Assembly: GCA_963785235.1 (NCBI GenBank) | Contig: CAWAUM010000012.1 | Coordinates: 160,001 to 224,000 of the forward strand | DNA: 64,000 nucleotides | From: an uncultured delta proteobacterium | GTDB lineage: Bacteria; Desulfobacterota; Desulfomonilia; UBA1062 | Direction of reading: 5' to 3' | Shown here: piece after piece, positions 40,103-50,315 of the stretch | Position numbering within the stretch: the first letter of the stretch is position 1 | Layout of the letters: the number at the start of each line of letters is the position of its first letter | The notes under the pieces: model-generated | Told to the model about the DNA's origin: nothing | The model's input: the letters and a program-made list of their open reading frames with translations, nothing else | Databases searched by the model: none | Position numbers and translations under genes: made by a program

Positions 40103-41317
40103 TCATCCCCTGGCAAACACCATGGACGCAAAGGTTACAGCACTGTTCGTTGCCGGCTCGTCATAGGTGCCGTGGTGGAGAAGCTCTGCCTTGCAACTGC
40201 CTATGAGCAATGAAAAGAGCATCATGGATGAGAGCCCGCAGACATTGAACTGGTCATTCGTTTCCCTGGCGTTTTGAAAGATGTCCTCGGCCCGGGCGTC
40301 TATAAGGTTCTCGATGATACGTCTGTCATTGGCAACAGCACGCTCTATGAGTGAACCGGCAGGCAGGGAATGCCCGAATTTGTACCCCACATGGGAAAAA
40401 TCCACGCCAGACACAAAGAGCACATTGCGGCCGCTTTGTTTGATGATGCGTAGGATGCCGTCCCTGAAGGCGATAAAACGCTCATCGCAAAAAGGGGCTT
40501 TTCCGCTTACCAGGTATTCATGAATGCCCCCGCAGAGTACAGGGACGACTCGAGCGGATGTCCCGAGGTAATGGGCCAGAAACACTGCCTGGAACTCGAT
40601 AGAATGCTCCATCATGTGATCGAAATCATTCCCGGCAACGCTGCCTCCAGGAAGCCCTGCCTTCAATTGGCAGATAAACTCTTTGTCGGTAGTCAGTGTA
40701 CAAAGGGGCGTGACATAATCCTTTTCAGTCAGACAATACGGTTCACCTGTGCCGTGATGATTGATGCCGAGAATGATCACCAGGTCATACTTGCCGCCTT
40801 TTATCCTCCGGTAGGCGTCTACATAGGCCTTTTCTGCTGCGGCTATCTCGATATGGGGGGCCAGGATTCCAATAATGTCATGGTCCTGCTCAGGCAGAAC
40901 CGGCAGAGAGGCCTCTACGGAAGCGATATGCGCCCTGAGCCTGTCCGGATCTTTTTCATACGATGTCCCGGCAAGTACGGGCTCGCGGATGTCCTTCCGG
41001 GAAAAGTCTTCCATGGTTGCTGCCTTCTTGAGCCTGAAGGCATCACTCTCAAGGAGAAAGGCCTTATCAAACTGATCAATAAGGGCTTCAACATCGGCAA
41101 TGGGCACAATTGAACCCCCGGTCAAATGCATAAGGGCTGCCTGGATGTCTCGAAGGTCGTGTTGTCCGTCCATCATGCCGAGAAGCGGAGCCACCCGGAT
41201 ATGGAGCGCAAAACCTCCACCGGCAAGCCTCATGGGATCCATGAAGGTGATCATCTGCTGCCCCTCGAATGTCACGGGAACAGCCTGGATGTCTCTCCTC
41301 AAGATAGGATTAGCCAT
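40103..41317 (-). CDS. amrB: AmmeMemoRadiSam system protein B (MEMO1 family)
   Basis: REPVLAG.SY, APHI, EHSIEFQ, DFSHVG..FG and NVCG motifs. Confidence 0.88.
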   Translation of the reverse strand: MANPILRRDIQAVPVTFEGQQMITFMDPMRLAGGGFALHIRVAPLLGMMDGQHDLRDIQAALMHLTGGSIVPIADVEALIDQFDKAFLLESDAFRLKKAATMEDFSRKDIREPVLAGTSYEKDPDRLRAHIASVEASLPVLPEQDHDIIGILAPHIEIAAAEKAYVDAYRRIKGGKYDLVIILGINHHGTGEPYCLTEKDYVTPLCTLTTDKEFICQLKAGLPGGSVAGNDFDHMMEHSIEFQAVFLAHYLGTSARVVPVLCGGIHEYLVSGKAPFCDERFIAFRDGILRIIKQSGRNVLFVSGVDFSHVGYKFGHSLPAGSLIERAVANDRRIIENLIDARAEDIFQNARETNDQFNVCGLSSMMLFSLLIGSCKAELLHHGTYDEPATNSAVTFASMVFARG

Positions 41318-41386
41318 ACCACCCTCCTTTTCAAGGATAAACGAATCCCCCTTATGCAATCATCTTCTCATGGTCGAATTCTTCTA

Positions 41387-42262
41387 TCAATGCATCTCAT
41401 GGAGCAGACGCCCGAGATGTTCCTTTGTAAAGGTATAGCTGCGGCCGCAGAATTGGCATGAGATGTCAAAGACCTCCTGGCCCTTGATAACCTCTTTCAT
41501 CTGGGACTCGCCGAGTGTTATGAGTGCCTGCTCCACCCTGCCCCGGGAGCACGTGCATCTGAACGAGATCGGCCTGGTCTCGATGATGCGGTGCGGGATC
41601 CCCTCAAACACTGCTGCAAGAAGATCTTCCGGGGTCTTTCCCTCGCGAAGCTGAGTTGTGACCAGCGGCATGTTCTCAAGCCTCCCGGCCAGGGCATCGA
41701 TGAGTGCATCATCAGCAGGGGGGAGCGACTGGATAAGGAAGCCACCCGAAGCGCTCACGATGCCATCGGGCTCCACATAAACCCCCAGGCCCACTGCCGA
41801 GGGTATCTGCTCCGACTCGGTGAGATAAAATGCAATGTCAGAAGCAATCTCCCCGGTGTAGAGCTTTACCACTCCATTATACGGGTCCTTCAACCTCAGG
41901 TCCTTGGTTACGGTGAGCAGGCCCTCCCTTCCCAGGGCGCCTCCCACGTCGAGCTTCCCATTCCTGGGGGGCAGGTCCACCTGTGGCACCTCCACATAGC
42001 CTCGCACCGTGCCGTCACCCTCTGCCTCCACGATGATCTTCTTAAGCGGTCCGTTCCCCGTGAACTTGAGCGCCAGCCTCTGGCCGGGTTCCAGCAATGC
42101 CCCCATAAGCCCGCCTCCGGTGAGCGCCCGGCCCAGGGCGGCCGTGGCAGTGGGATAGGTTCCGTGACGCCGCTGTGCGTCGTTCACCAGGTTCGTGGTA
42201 ATGCATGCAAGACCAAGGATGTTCTTCTCTTCAGAGATGACCCGTACCAGGTAGTCGTTCAT
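41387..42262 (-). CDS. hslO: Hsp33 redox-regulated chaperone
   Basis: ALGRAL, SEQIPSAVGLGV, GGFLIQ; CxC..CxxC zinc centre. Confidence 0.96.
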   Translation of the reverse strand: MNDYLVRVISEEKNILGLACITTNLVNDAQRRHGTYPTATAALGRALTGGGLMGALLEPGQRLALKFTGNGPLKKIIVEAEGDGTVRGYVEVPQVDLPPRNGKLDVGGALGREGLLTVTKDLRLKDPYNGVVKLYTGEIASDIAFYLTESEQIPSAVGLGVYVEPDGIVSASGGFLIQSLPPADDALIDALAGRLENMPLVTTQLREGKTPEDLLAAVFEGIPHRIIETRPISFRCTCSRGRVEQALITLGESQMKEVIKGQEVFDISCQFCGRSYTFTKEHLGRLLHEMH

Positions 42263-42556
42263 TGATGCCTATTCCTTTCATTCACCATAGGGCGTTGTAC
42301 TGCCTCCTTTCCTTCCTAGGACACGCACCGAAGGTATTCAAGGGTATTCTTGCCCGGTATCGCAGAAGGCAGGGTTTTTATACTTTAACAGCATGGTGTC
42401 ATACACTCACAATCTATTGCAATTGCCCTTTCTGATATTTATATAAACGAAGCGACCGTGAAGTATAGTTTTTGTTGGAATCAGCCCGCCCACCTGCCGA
42501 ACCATTCGGGAGTCTGACATCAATCCAACCTAAGAGACTATACAAAGGAGATTGTG

Positions 42557-43720
42557 ATGAGAAATCGTGGTATGATTCTGTTGGTGGTGCTGTTCGCATC
42601 GGCGCTGCTGAGCCTTGCATATGCCGAAGATATAACTGTCAAAGAAAGCAATGAGCTTGCACAAAACAATACATCCCATGAGGGGAACAACATGAAGCTT
42701 TCTGACAAGAAGCCCGGAGGTATAACCAGATTCGAAAAGGTCCCTGCTGATGAAGGACTCCTGATCAAAGACATGGAAAATATATTACAAGAAAAGATGT
42801 CTAAAGATTATCCCGCAGGCCTTACCAGACGTGACGCGCATCCGAAATCACTGGCCTGCCTGCAGGCGGAATTCATTGTGGAACCAAACATTCCATCAGA
42901 GCTTAAGAAGGGAATGTTCGCGCTTCCCCAAACTTATCCAGCCTGGATTCGAGTTTCCAGTGCAAGCGGCACGATCCAGTCGGACAAAGCCAAAGACCTG
43001 CGTGGTTTTGCCATAAAAATCATGGGTGTGAAAGGGGAGCGTTTCCAGACGCACAACAATGAGAAAGAAACACAGGACTTTGTATTCCTGAGCTATCCGA
43101 CCATGCCCTTGGGAACGGTCAAACTGTTCCATGACGCGGTGTACTACAGCATCAAATGGTCGCCCCTGGTCTTTTTAACCCGTCTGGTCGTGTCCGGCGA
43201 TTTCCATATAATTAACGAACTGCGCAAGGCAAGGCAAAACCAGACCTCTCCGTTGGACATCCGCTATTGGAGCACGACCCCTTATCTATGCGGGACAGAT
43301 CTCATTGTAAAATATTCCCTCGTTCCCACTTCGCGCATAAAAAGCTCCCTGCCGCCAGAACTTACCGATCATTATCTCACTGAAAATATGGAAAAACACC
43401 TGGCAGCAACTGAGGCAAGCTTTGATTTCATGATTCAAGTTCAAAAAGACCCTTGCCGGATGCCGGTTGAGGATGCCGGAGTGGAATGGAGCGAAGAGGA
43501 ATCCCCCTTTATCAAAGTGGCAACACTTCACATCCCTGCCCAGACTTTCCGAACCAAGGAACGTGAGGAACTGGCTGAGGATCTGTCCTTCTCCCCGGCC
43601 CATTCCCTGATTGAGCATCGACCCATCGGAGGTATCAACCGGGCCAGGGTTGAAATTTACCAGTACTTATCCGAATTCCGCCATAAGCAGAACAACAAGG
43701 AACTGATAGAACCTCACTAG
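42557..43720 (+). CDS. Catalase-like heme protein (short catalase-related family) with signal peptide
   Basis: RRDAHPK, AWIRVS, DLRGFAIK, QDF, YWSTTPY, HRPIGGINRARVEIY (proximal Tyr). Confidence 0.88.
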   Translation: MRNRGMILLVVLFASALLSLAYAEDITVKESNELAQNNTSHEGNNMKLSDKKPGGITRFEKVPADEGLLIKDMENILQEKMSKDYPAGLTRRDAHPKSLACLQAEFIVEPNIPSELKKGMFALPQTYPAWIRVSSASGTIQSDKAKDLRGFAIKIMGVKGERFQTHNNEKETQDFVFLSYPTMPLGTVKLFHDAVYYSIKWSPLVFLTRLVVSGDFHIINELRKARQNQTSPLDIRYWSTTPYLCGTDLIVKYSLVPTSRIKSSLPPELTDHYLTENMEKHLAATEASFDFMIQVQKDPCRMPVEDAGVEWSEEESPFIKVATLHIPAQTFRTKEREELAEDLSFSPAHSLIEHRPIGGINRARVEIYQYLSEFRHKQNNKELIEPH

Positions 43721-44000
43721 TAACCGGAGGGAGGTGGCACGTTGAATTTCCACCTGTCCTTATACGGAAGGTCTGGCCAAGAAAAGCTAGGCTTTTTGCC
43801 AAACCATAGAAGGACTACTGAAATCCTACCCTATGCTCAGGATGACACTGTCATTAAAAACCAGGGCTTGGTTAATCGGGAGAGTTATCCTGTCTTCCAA
43901 CAGGATGTTGAACAGGAATCGGAGAGATCATGCTATCAGGGTTACTCGGCATTATGATAGATTCATTCGCTATGAAATCCCATGACAACAGGAGAACACC

Positions 44001-44747
44001 ATGGACTGGATGATGCAACCCGAGATGTGGCTTGCCCTGGTTACCCTTACAGCCATCGAGATCGTGCTCGGCATCGACAACATCGTCTTTCTCTCCATCA
44101 TGGTGGGAAAGCTCCCCACCGGGCAACAGCGCAGTGCGAGGATTTTCGGACTGGGGCTTGCCATGTTCACACGGATCCTGCTCCTGATCTTCCTCACCGC
44201 CATGCTCCGCCTGACCAGACCGTTGTTCGTCATACTGGGCAACGCCTTCTCGGGGCGTGATCTCATCTTGATTGCCGGCGGCCTTTTCCTGCTGGCCAAG
44301 AGCACCTTTGAGATCCACGACAATCTCGAAGGCACGGGTGTTCAGCAAACAGGATCGCCAAGAGGTTCCTATTTCGGCGTCATTATCCAGATCGCCATCC
44401 TCGATATCGTGTTCTCTCTGGATTCCGTGATTACGGCCATAGGCCTTGCCAAGGAGATCATGGTCATGGTCACGGCCATCATTATTGCCGTGGTCTTCAT
44501 GATGGCGCTCTCCGGCACCGTGATCCGGTTCATCGAGCACCACCCCACCATCAAGATGCTGGCATTGAGTTTTCTGCTGCTCATCGGGATGGCGCTTATA
44601 GGAGACGGGCTGGGCATGCACATCCCCAAGGGATATATCTATTTTGCCATGACTTTTTCCGTTTTCGTGGAGATCCTCAATACGAAATTACGCGGTTCGG
44701 ATAAAGAGCCGGTACATCTCAGAAGGTCTGCCGAGGACGATTCTTAG
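44001..44747 (+). CDS. TerC family membrane protein
   Basis: EIVLGIDN, DIVFSLDSVITA, HPTIKMLAL and PKGYIYFAM motifs. Confidence 0.95.
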   Translation: MDWMMQPEMWLALVTLTAIEIVLGIDNIVFLSIMVGKLPTGQQRSARIFGLGLAMFTRILLLIFLTAMLRLTRPLFVILGNAFSGRDLILIAGGLFLLAKSTFEIHDNLEGTGVQQTGSPRGSYFGVIIQIAILDIVFSLDSVITAIGLAKEIMVMVTAIIIAVVFMMALSGTVIRFIEHHPTIKMLALSFLLLIGMALIGDGLGMHIPKGYIYFAMTFSVFVEILNTKLRGSDKEPVHLRRSAEDDS

Positions 44748-44761
44748 CAAGGAGTACCCAA

Positions 44762-45310
44762 ATGAAAAGACTGATCCTTTTGGTTTTGCCCATCTCATTA
44801 CTTTTCATTACGCTGTCCATCACCAATGCAGCGGCTGATCAATGCCCGGATGCCGTCATAAAAGCCATGAAGGACGAAGGATTGTCCGAGAGCCAGATCA
44901 GAAGCATCTGTATAAAAGCCGAATCTTATGCACAGAAAAAAAGCCCCGTCTTCACCCCGGAAAAGATTGAACAGGACCTTGTAGGCAGAAGCATAGGCCC
45001 TGAAACTGATGTAAAGGTAAAAAGCAAACCGGGCAACCGTTCAGGAACCAGTACGAAATCATCATCCGCATCACCCGGGACGCCTTCTTATGACGCCTTT
45101 GTTACCGTCCCAATGGGAATACGGTTCGATGAGACGAATATCCAGGGCATAAAGATACTTGATACAAAAGTGAAAGGCAGCAAGGCCCAGGTCGTTGCCC
45201 ATGTGGACACGGTTTCAAGTTATGCGGGCAGGCTTCGGTTGTATTACGAATTTATAGCAGGCCAGTGGACCCTGTTACAGATAGAAAACCTGGACTTCAG
45301 GGAGCAGTAG
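44762..45310 (+). CDS. Hypothetical secreted protein
   Basis: 182 aa; AAGGAG RBS; signal peptide; two Cys. Confidence 0.7.
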   Translation: MKRLILLVLPISLLFITLSITNAAADQCPDAVIKAMKDEGLSESQIRSICIKAESYAQKKSPVFTPEKIEQDLVGRSIGPETDVKVKSKPGNRSGTSTKSSSASPGTPSYDAFVTVPMGIRFDETNIQGIKILDTKVKGSKAQVVAHVDTVSSYAGRLRLYYEFIAGQWTLLQIENLDFREQ

Positions 45311-45351
45311 GGGCCCGGACCATCATCTGTGTAAAATTCCATGGCCGGATT

Positions 45352-45717
45352 TCAGCCTGAAAAGCAATCCACATCCCCATTGTAGATATTGATGCGGATG
45401 ATGCAGTCGCCGGGAACGGGATTTTCAGGATACTGCCAGTACCTGCCCACAAGGCTGAGCTGCCCCTGGCAGGCGCAGTCGCTGCTCCGCATGATGTAGT
45501 AGGCATCATCCTCGTCGATAGGTAGCCATACCGGACGGTCGAGACTGATCACAAGGGAAAGGCCGTGTTCGTCAAAGCGTATCACCACGGATGTGGCAAG
45601 TTCATCGGAATCGGTGATTACACATGCTGCTAAAATCATCGGCACAGCAAGCGCCATGGCCTTCAGCCATGGCCTTGACCGACGAATGCGCACAGTCTGC
45701 TGCACATCATTTTCCAT
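45352..45717 (-). CDS. Hypothetical lipoprotein
   Basis: 121 aa overlapping the DUF362 gene stop; hydrophobic stretch plus LAA-C lipobox. Confidence 0.55.
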   Translation of the reverse strand: MENDVQQTVRIRRSRPWLKAMALAVPMILAACVITDSDELATSVVIRFDEHGLSLVISLDRPVWLPIDEDDAYYIMRSSDCACQGQLSLVGRYWQYPENPVPGDCIIRINIYNGDVDCFSG

Positions 45718-46729
45718 GAAACCCGATCTCCTGTGCATAGGAGAACTGGCGCTGCCAGGGCAGATATGAATGGGCCTTGGTAATGATGTCCGCCCCGACC
45801 CGTGAAACAGAATCGGCATCCAAGGCGACCGGGTGGTACCCTCCTGTGAACCCGATATCGCCTGCAATAATATCGGTCTTACCGGGGAGGCAGTCGCACT
45901 CGGCGCTGATCTTGATGAGCGCATTGATGAGCACGGTCTTTTTGCCGATGATCCGCCATATGGCGGCAGCCGTTTCCATGAGCTTCTCCTGGAACGCGTC
46001 ATGATCTCCGCCCCACAGTATCCGCAATGCCAGTTCCGGACACTGGGCAATGCACTGGGCGCACCCGATACAGGTGTCCAGGTCATAGGTAGGATACTCA
46101 CCTTCTTTTATACTGGCCGCACCAGTGGGGCAGACTTCGGTACAGATCCCGCACCTGGTGCACTTTTTCTTGCTGAGTATGGGCTTCACATCCGCGTGCA
46201 TGCGCTGCTTCTGGGCACGGGACGCGAACCCCATGGAGATATTCTTGATGGCACCGCCAAAGCCGGAAGCGAGATGCCCCTTGAAATGGGAAAAGATGAC
46301 GAAACCGTCGGTCTTCTCTACAAGGGCGGTCACCTGGGCGGTCTTGAAGTGCTTATACACTGCAGGGATATCGATTATGTCGCGGCCGTCAAGACCATCT
46401 GCAATGACTACAGGGCAGCCGAGGAACTCCTCGGTATATCCATGCTGCTTAGCCGTCTCTAAAGAGTCCTTGCCGGTACGCCTGCTGCCTGAATAGAGCA
46501 CCGAGGTGTCAAAGATGAAGGGCTTGCATCCCTTTGATGAAAGCCAGCGTACAACCTCCCGGGCATAGACCGGGTCCAGGAAGCTGTGATTGCCCAGCTC
46601 CCCCCAGTGGAGCTTTATGCCAACAGAGCTGCCTTGAGAGAAGGGATGATCCAGGGTCTCAAGGAGTGTGCGTAATGACGAGATGGCCCCCTGCTCAGTT
46701 CCGTCGGTTTTCTGAAAAAGTATATTCAT
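45707..46729 (-). CDS. DUF362 protein with 2x4Fe-4S domain
   Basis: IKLHWGE, SHFKGH, GGAIKN.SMG, two CxxCxxCxxxCP motifs, ECDC. Confidence 0.92.
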   Translation of the reverse strand: MNILFQKTDGTEQGAISSLRTLLETLDHPFSQGSSVGIKLHWGELGNHSFLDPVYAREVVRWLSSKGCKPFIFDTSVLYSGSRRTGKDSLETAKQHGYTEEFLGCPVVIADGLDGRDIIDIPAVYKHFKTAQVTALVEKTDGFVIFSHFKGHLASGFGGAIKNISMGFASRAQKQRMHADVKPILSKKKCTRCGICTEVCPTGAASIKEGEYPTYDLDTCIGCAQCIAQCPELALRILWGGDHDAFQEKLMETAAAIWRIIGKKTVLINALIKISAECDCLPGKTDIIAGDIGFTGGYHPVALDADSVSRVGADIITKAHSYLPWQRQFSYAQEIGFHGK

Positions 46730-46817
46730 AGCACCTTCCTTATAGATCTATGATATGTGTTCTTCCAGTGTGACAAATTCTACGAGTTTGTCAACAGAGC
46801 CATTGATTCATATGCCG

Positions 46818-47468
46818 CTAGTCACTCTTCCCAAGGAACTCCAGCGCCTTCCTCGCGAGCATGCACTTTTTCACATGAGGCAGGTAGAGCCTGGATATTT
46901 CTCCTGTGTTGCCATCAAAGATGTTCACATAGTCCCTGCCCGTGAGATTTCTGCCGTATATCCCCACCTGGATAATGACAGGCTCATTGGCATTCCCGGT
47001 CTGATGGATGCCCTTGTTCAAGGGAAAGATGGAATATGTCCGGCCGGTGGGAATGAATTGCCGCGAGCACTCTTCCAGCTCTGCATGGCCCTGGTCTGAT
47101 CCGTCATCGAGGCGTCTGTAGTTGATGATATCCAGCGTCCCCAGTGCCGTGCCGATGACACCCCAGGAGTTGTGGTCGTGAATGGGGTCGTAATCACCTT
47201 GCCCCCACAGGTACAACCTCACGGAAAACATCCTCTCAGGGTCACGATAGAGAACAATCTCGCTTTCGAACATGGTTGCGGATTTTACATCCGGGTAAGG
47301 GGACTGGTTTATGATGGCACTCAAGAGCGATTTGAAGAGCGCTTTGTCTTTCAGGAGAACAGGAAGCTCAGTAATAATGAACTCCCGTTGCTTACCAGTG
47401 TCTTTGAGGGCCTTTATTTCCTGTGACCATCTCGTGAAGTGATCAAGAATATCGAGTTTCATCTGCAT
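46818..47468 (-). CDS. Cysteine-dioxygenase-like cupin
   Basis: W..G...PIHDH.SWG...GIH. Confidence 0.8.
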   Translation of the reverse strand: MQMKLDILDHFTRWSQEIKALKDTGKQREFIITELPVLLKDKALFKSLLSAIINQSPYPDVKSATMFESEIVLYRDPERMFSVRLYLWGQGDYDPIHDHNSWGVIGTALGTLDIINYRRLDDGSDQGHAELEECSRQFIPTGRTYSIFPLNKGIHQTGNANEPVIIQVGIYGRNLTGRDYVNIFDGNTGEISRLYLPHVKKCMLARKALEFLGKSD

Positions 47469-47489
47469 GGCATGAGTACCTCTCCCATG

Positions 47490-49413
47490 TTAATCATTCT
47501 CCAGGCGTACATACTGATCATAGAATGCACCGCCGGTGCCCATGTCGGTAAGGCTCGGATCAATAAGCCGGTTTATACCCCCGCCAAGCCTCATCCAGTC
47601 TCCCCTGCGGTAAAGGGCCGCTTCCGGGTGGAGGCCTTCAAGGACCGCCACACGCACACGCATGCGCCCCAGGGGGGAGACAAGGAAAACCGGCCGGGTC
47701 ATGATCAATCATTGTCAGGGCGGCGCAGTCCGGGGCAATCCACAACTTTGGCGGCATATCCTGGTCTTCCGGCAGGATCTGAGAATGCATTGCTCCTTTC
47801 CGAATAAGGCTCAGGAGCCGCAAGGGGTATTCAGGCGCTGGCACAGGCTCGTCGTGAAGGACCTCGGGGAAATGATATTTTTCGTCTTTATGGCCAAAAA
47901 TCATCCCCTCATAAGCAACCTCGGGCCTCTTCGCCTTAACAAAACCCTGCTGCTTCAGTTCGTCCAAGGTTATGCCAAGCCAGGGCGTATTCAGGGATTG
48001 CTCCATGCACGTCCGGGCATCAGGAAGTACTACAGGCGGGTCCAGCCTTTTTCCCAGCTCTGTGAAGATCCGGAAATCGCTTCTCGCCTGCCCCGGAGGA
48101 TCCAGAACAGGCCTGGCATAGTGGACATAATCATGCAGGTAGGATGCTACGACATCCTCCTGCTCCAGCATGAGTGTGGACGGCAGGATAAGGTCGGCCC
48201 TTGAGGCGGTATCGGTCATGAATGCATCCACCACCACCTTGAACTCGATGCCCTCGAAGGCGGCAGCGTTGGCCCTGGCCCCTGCGGCCTGGTTGACCAT
48301 ATTCGCCCCGTCTACCCAGATCATCCTTACAGGCGGATTATCCGCCTGTGCTATTTCCTGACCGATGAGCGGCATGCGAAAGGCCCTTGATGCACCCCCA
48401 CGTTCCACCTGGGTCCAGGAGAGATTGAAGTTTCTCAAAGAACTCAGATGGAAAAAGCTTCCCCCACCTTTAATACCCATATTGCCGGAGAGCATGGCAA
48501 GGGCATTGATGAACCGCACTGTTTCCCCCCCATAGCCATACCTCTGGAGGCCGGCGCTTATGATGGTGGCCGTGGGGCGCTTATCCGTATAAAAATCCAA
48601 GACGAGCTCTGCCTCGTTCCGGGAAACTCCGCAGGCCTTGAGAAGGTCGCCTGGATTGCGTCCGAGAACAAGGCGGGAAAATGTATAAAGGTTATGGGAA
48701 TGTCCTTTAACCCCTTTACGTATCTCGTGACGTTCCATGAAGAGCCATGCTACAGCAGCTGCCAGGAACCTGTCCGTACCAGGCCGAATGCGGATCATGA
48801 AATCAGAATGCCCTTCATTCAGGTCGCCGCCAGGGGATATGGTGAGCACCTTTGCGCCCTGCGCCCTGGCCTTCCTGAGGAAAAATGCCGTGTGGATCGA
48901 GCTTCGCAGGAGATCCCTGCCCCAGTTGACGATTGCTCTTGCATCAAAGATCGTCGAGATGTCGCTGCCCTCATTGGAACCGAAGTCTTTCCTGCACGCG
49001 CTGTATCCTGCAGCATCGCACAGCGATCCCCGTAAATAACTTGTCCCGAGCAGTCTGAAAAACAGGTGTCCTGCCTGCTTGAGAGCCCCCTTGGCACCTT
49101 CACCGTGGAAGTACAGGATCGATGCAGGCTCGCCCCGGTAAGCCTGGATCTTCTGCACGCAGATGTCCAAGGCCTTGTCCCAGTCGATTCGCTCCCAGGT
49201 CTCACCGGTCCTGAGCATGGGAAAGGTTATACGCTCGCGACTCTCGATCCTGCGGAGAAGGGCATGCATCTTGGGGCAGGCAAATCCTCTTGTGATGGGA
49301 TGATCAGGATTGCCCTTGATGCGGATCCGGCCATCAGGCCGTTTAGAGACAACTAAGGAACAGGCATCGGGGCAGTCCATGGTGCAGGCGGTTATGGCAC
49401 TGCAGAGGCTCAT
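47490..49413 (-). CDS. Molybdopterin-dependent oxidoreductase (MopB family; +1 frameshift at ~47705)
   Basis: CxxDCPDAC..GFACPK; RPGTD; TDTA..ADLILP; the C-terminal molybdopterin dinucleotide domain continues in ORF 47490..47708. Confidence 0.9.
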
Positions 49414-49493
49414 ACATTATGGATACTGTGTAAGCCGGTCGCAGATCAAGGGGAAACCGGTGATGCATGGTGAGATAGATGGTAGTCTGGATC

Positions 49494-49641
49494 TGATGGA
49501 GTTGTTTTTTCAAATAGGTCCGTAAAAAATCTTCATCTTGCAGCCTTGAAGGACTGATAAAATTAGCGTTCCATGGAAGCTGCAAGATGAAGATTTTTTA
49601 CGGATCAGGTTTCTATGCCCCTTAAACGTAAACTCAGGGTT
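49494..49641 (+). repeat. ~148-bp intergenic repeat with perfect 26-bp inverted repeat
   Basis: Arms 49519-49544 TCCGTAAAAAATCTTCATCTTGCAGC and 49579-49604 are exact reverse complements; same flanks and similar loop as 39914..40062. Confidence 0.85.
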
Positions 49642-49723
49642 GATACCTTATAGATACACCTGCTCTATCCATCCTGACTTGTTGGGTTTCGCAGACTCAA
49701 TCCAAACGACAGACTGCTTATTT

Positions 49724-50032
49724 CTACTGTCTCAAATTCCTCGGCGAGCACAGCACATAAGACTGTAACGGGACTCGATAGAGTTGCACTGTTATGCCCT
49801 GGATGGGGTTCACCTCCATTGCAACAAAGCGCCGCGCGAGCTCTTTTTTCAATCGGCCTATACTCTCGTTAAGATACCATGCCCTGTCATCCTTGGCCAA
49901 TCCCAGTAAATTCCTGACCTCAGTGGGGGGCAGTATGAATCCCTGGCATTGAAATTTCAGAAGCTCCATGATGGAGGCCGCTGCGCTTTTGCATCTTTTC
50001 CCTGATTCAGTCATTACATGCCCATTTAACAT
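49724..50032 (-). CDS. Hypothetical ~102-aa protein
   Basis: Only sizeable ORF in the gap; GGGGTGGT RBS-like sequence; strong sigma54 site upstream. Confidence 0.6.
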   Translation of the reverse strand: MLNGHVMTESGKRCKSAAASIMELLKFQCQGFILPPTEVRNLLGLAKDDRAWYLNESIGRLKKELARRFVAMEVNPIQGITVQLYRVPLQSYVLCSPRNLRQ

Positions 50033-50097
50033 CGCACCACCCCTTTTCACCCGATAGGGTATGTACTGTAAAAAGAAACATTTTCAATAGGTTAAAG

Positions 50098-50113
50098 AGC
50101 AATGTCCATGCCA
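50098..50113 (-). promoter_or_regulatory. Sigma54 promoter
   Basis: TGGCAT-GGACA-TTGCT on the minus strand, with an AT-rich upstream region. Confidence 0.75.
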
Positions 50114-50315
50114 TTAATATTTCTCTATGTTTTCAATATATTAAATGCAATGCGCTGAGTAAACTTGCGGACGAGAGAATATGTTTACCTATGCTTGGGA
50201 TAATTAATTACCACTATTGTATTATTTAAATGATATCAGCTAGTTCAAGGTGCTGTTTTAAGATACATTAAACTGCTATATTTAATCAACCTGATTTCGT
50301 TATGTTATGTACTCT

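Noticed and set aside
43734-43750. TGGCAC as a sigma54 promoter for the TerC gene
   Set aside because: No GC at the -12 position.
43825-43870. REP-like half site GCTCAGGATGACA
   Set aside because: The partner arm is missing or degenerate; too short to call.
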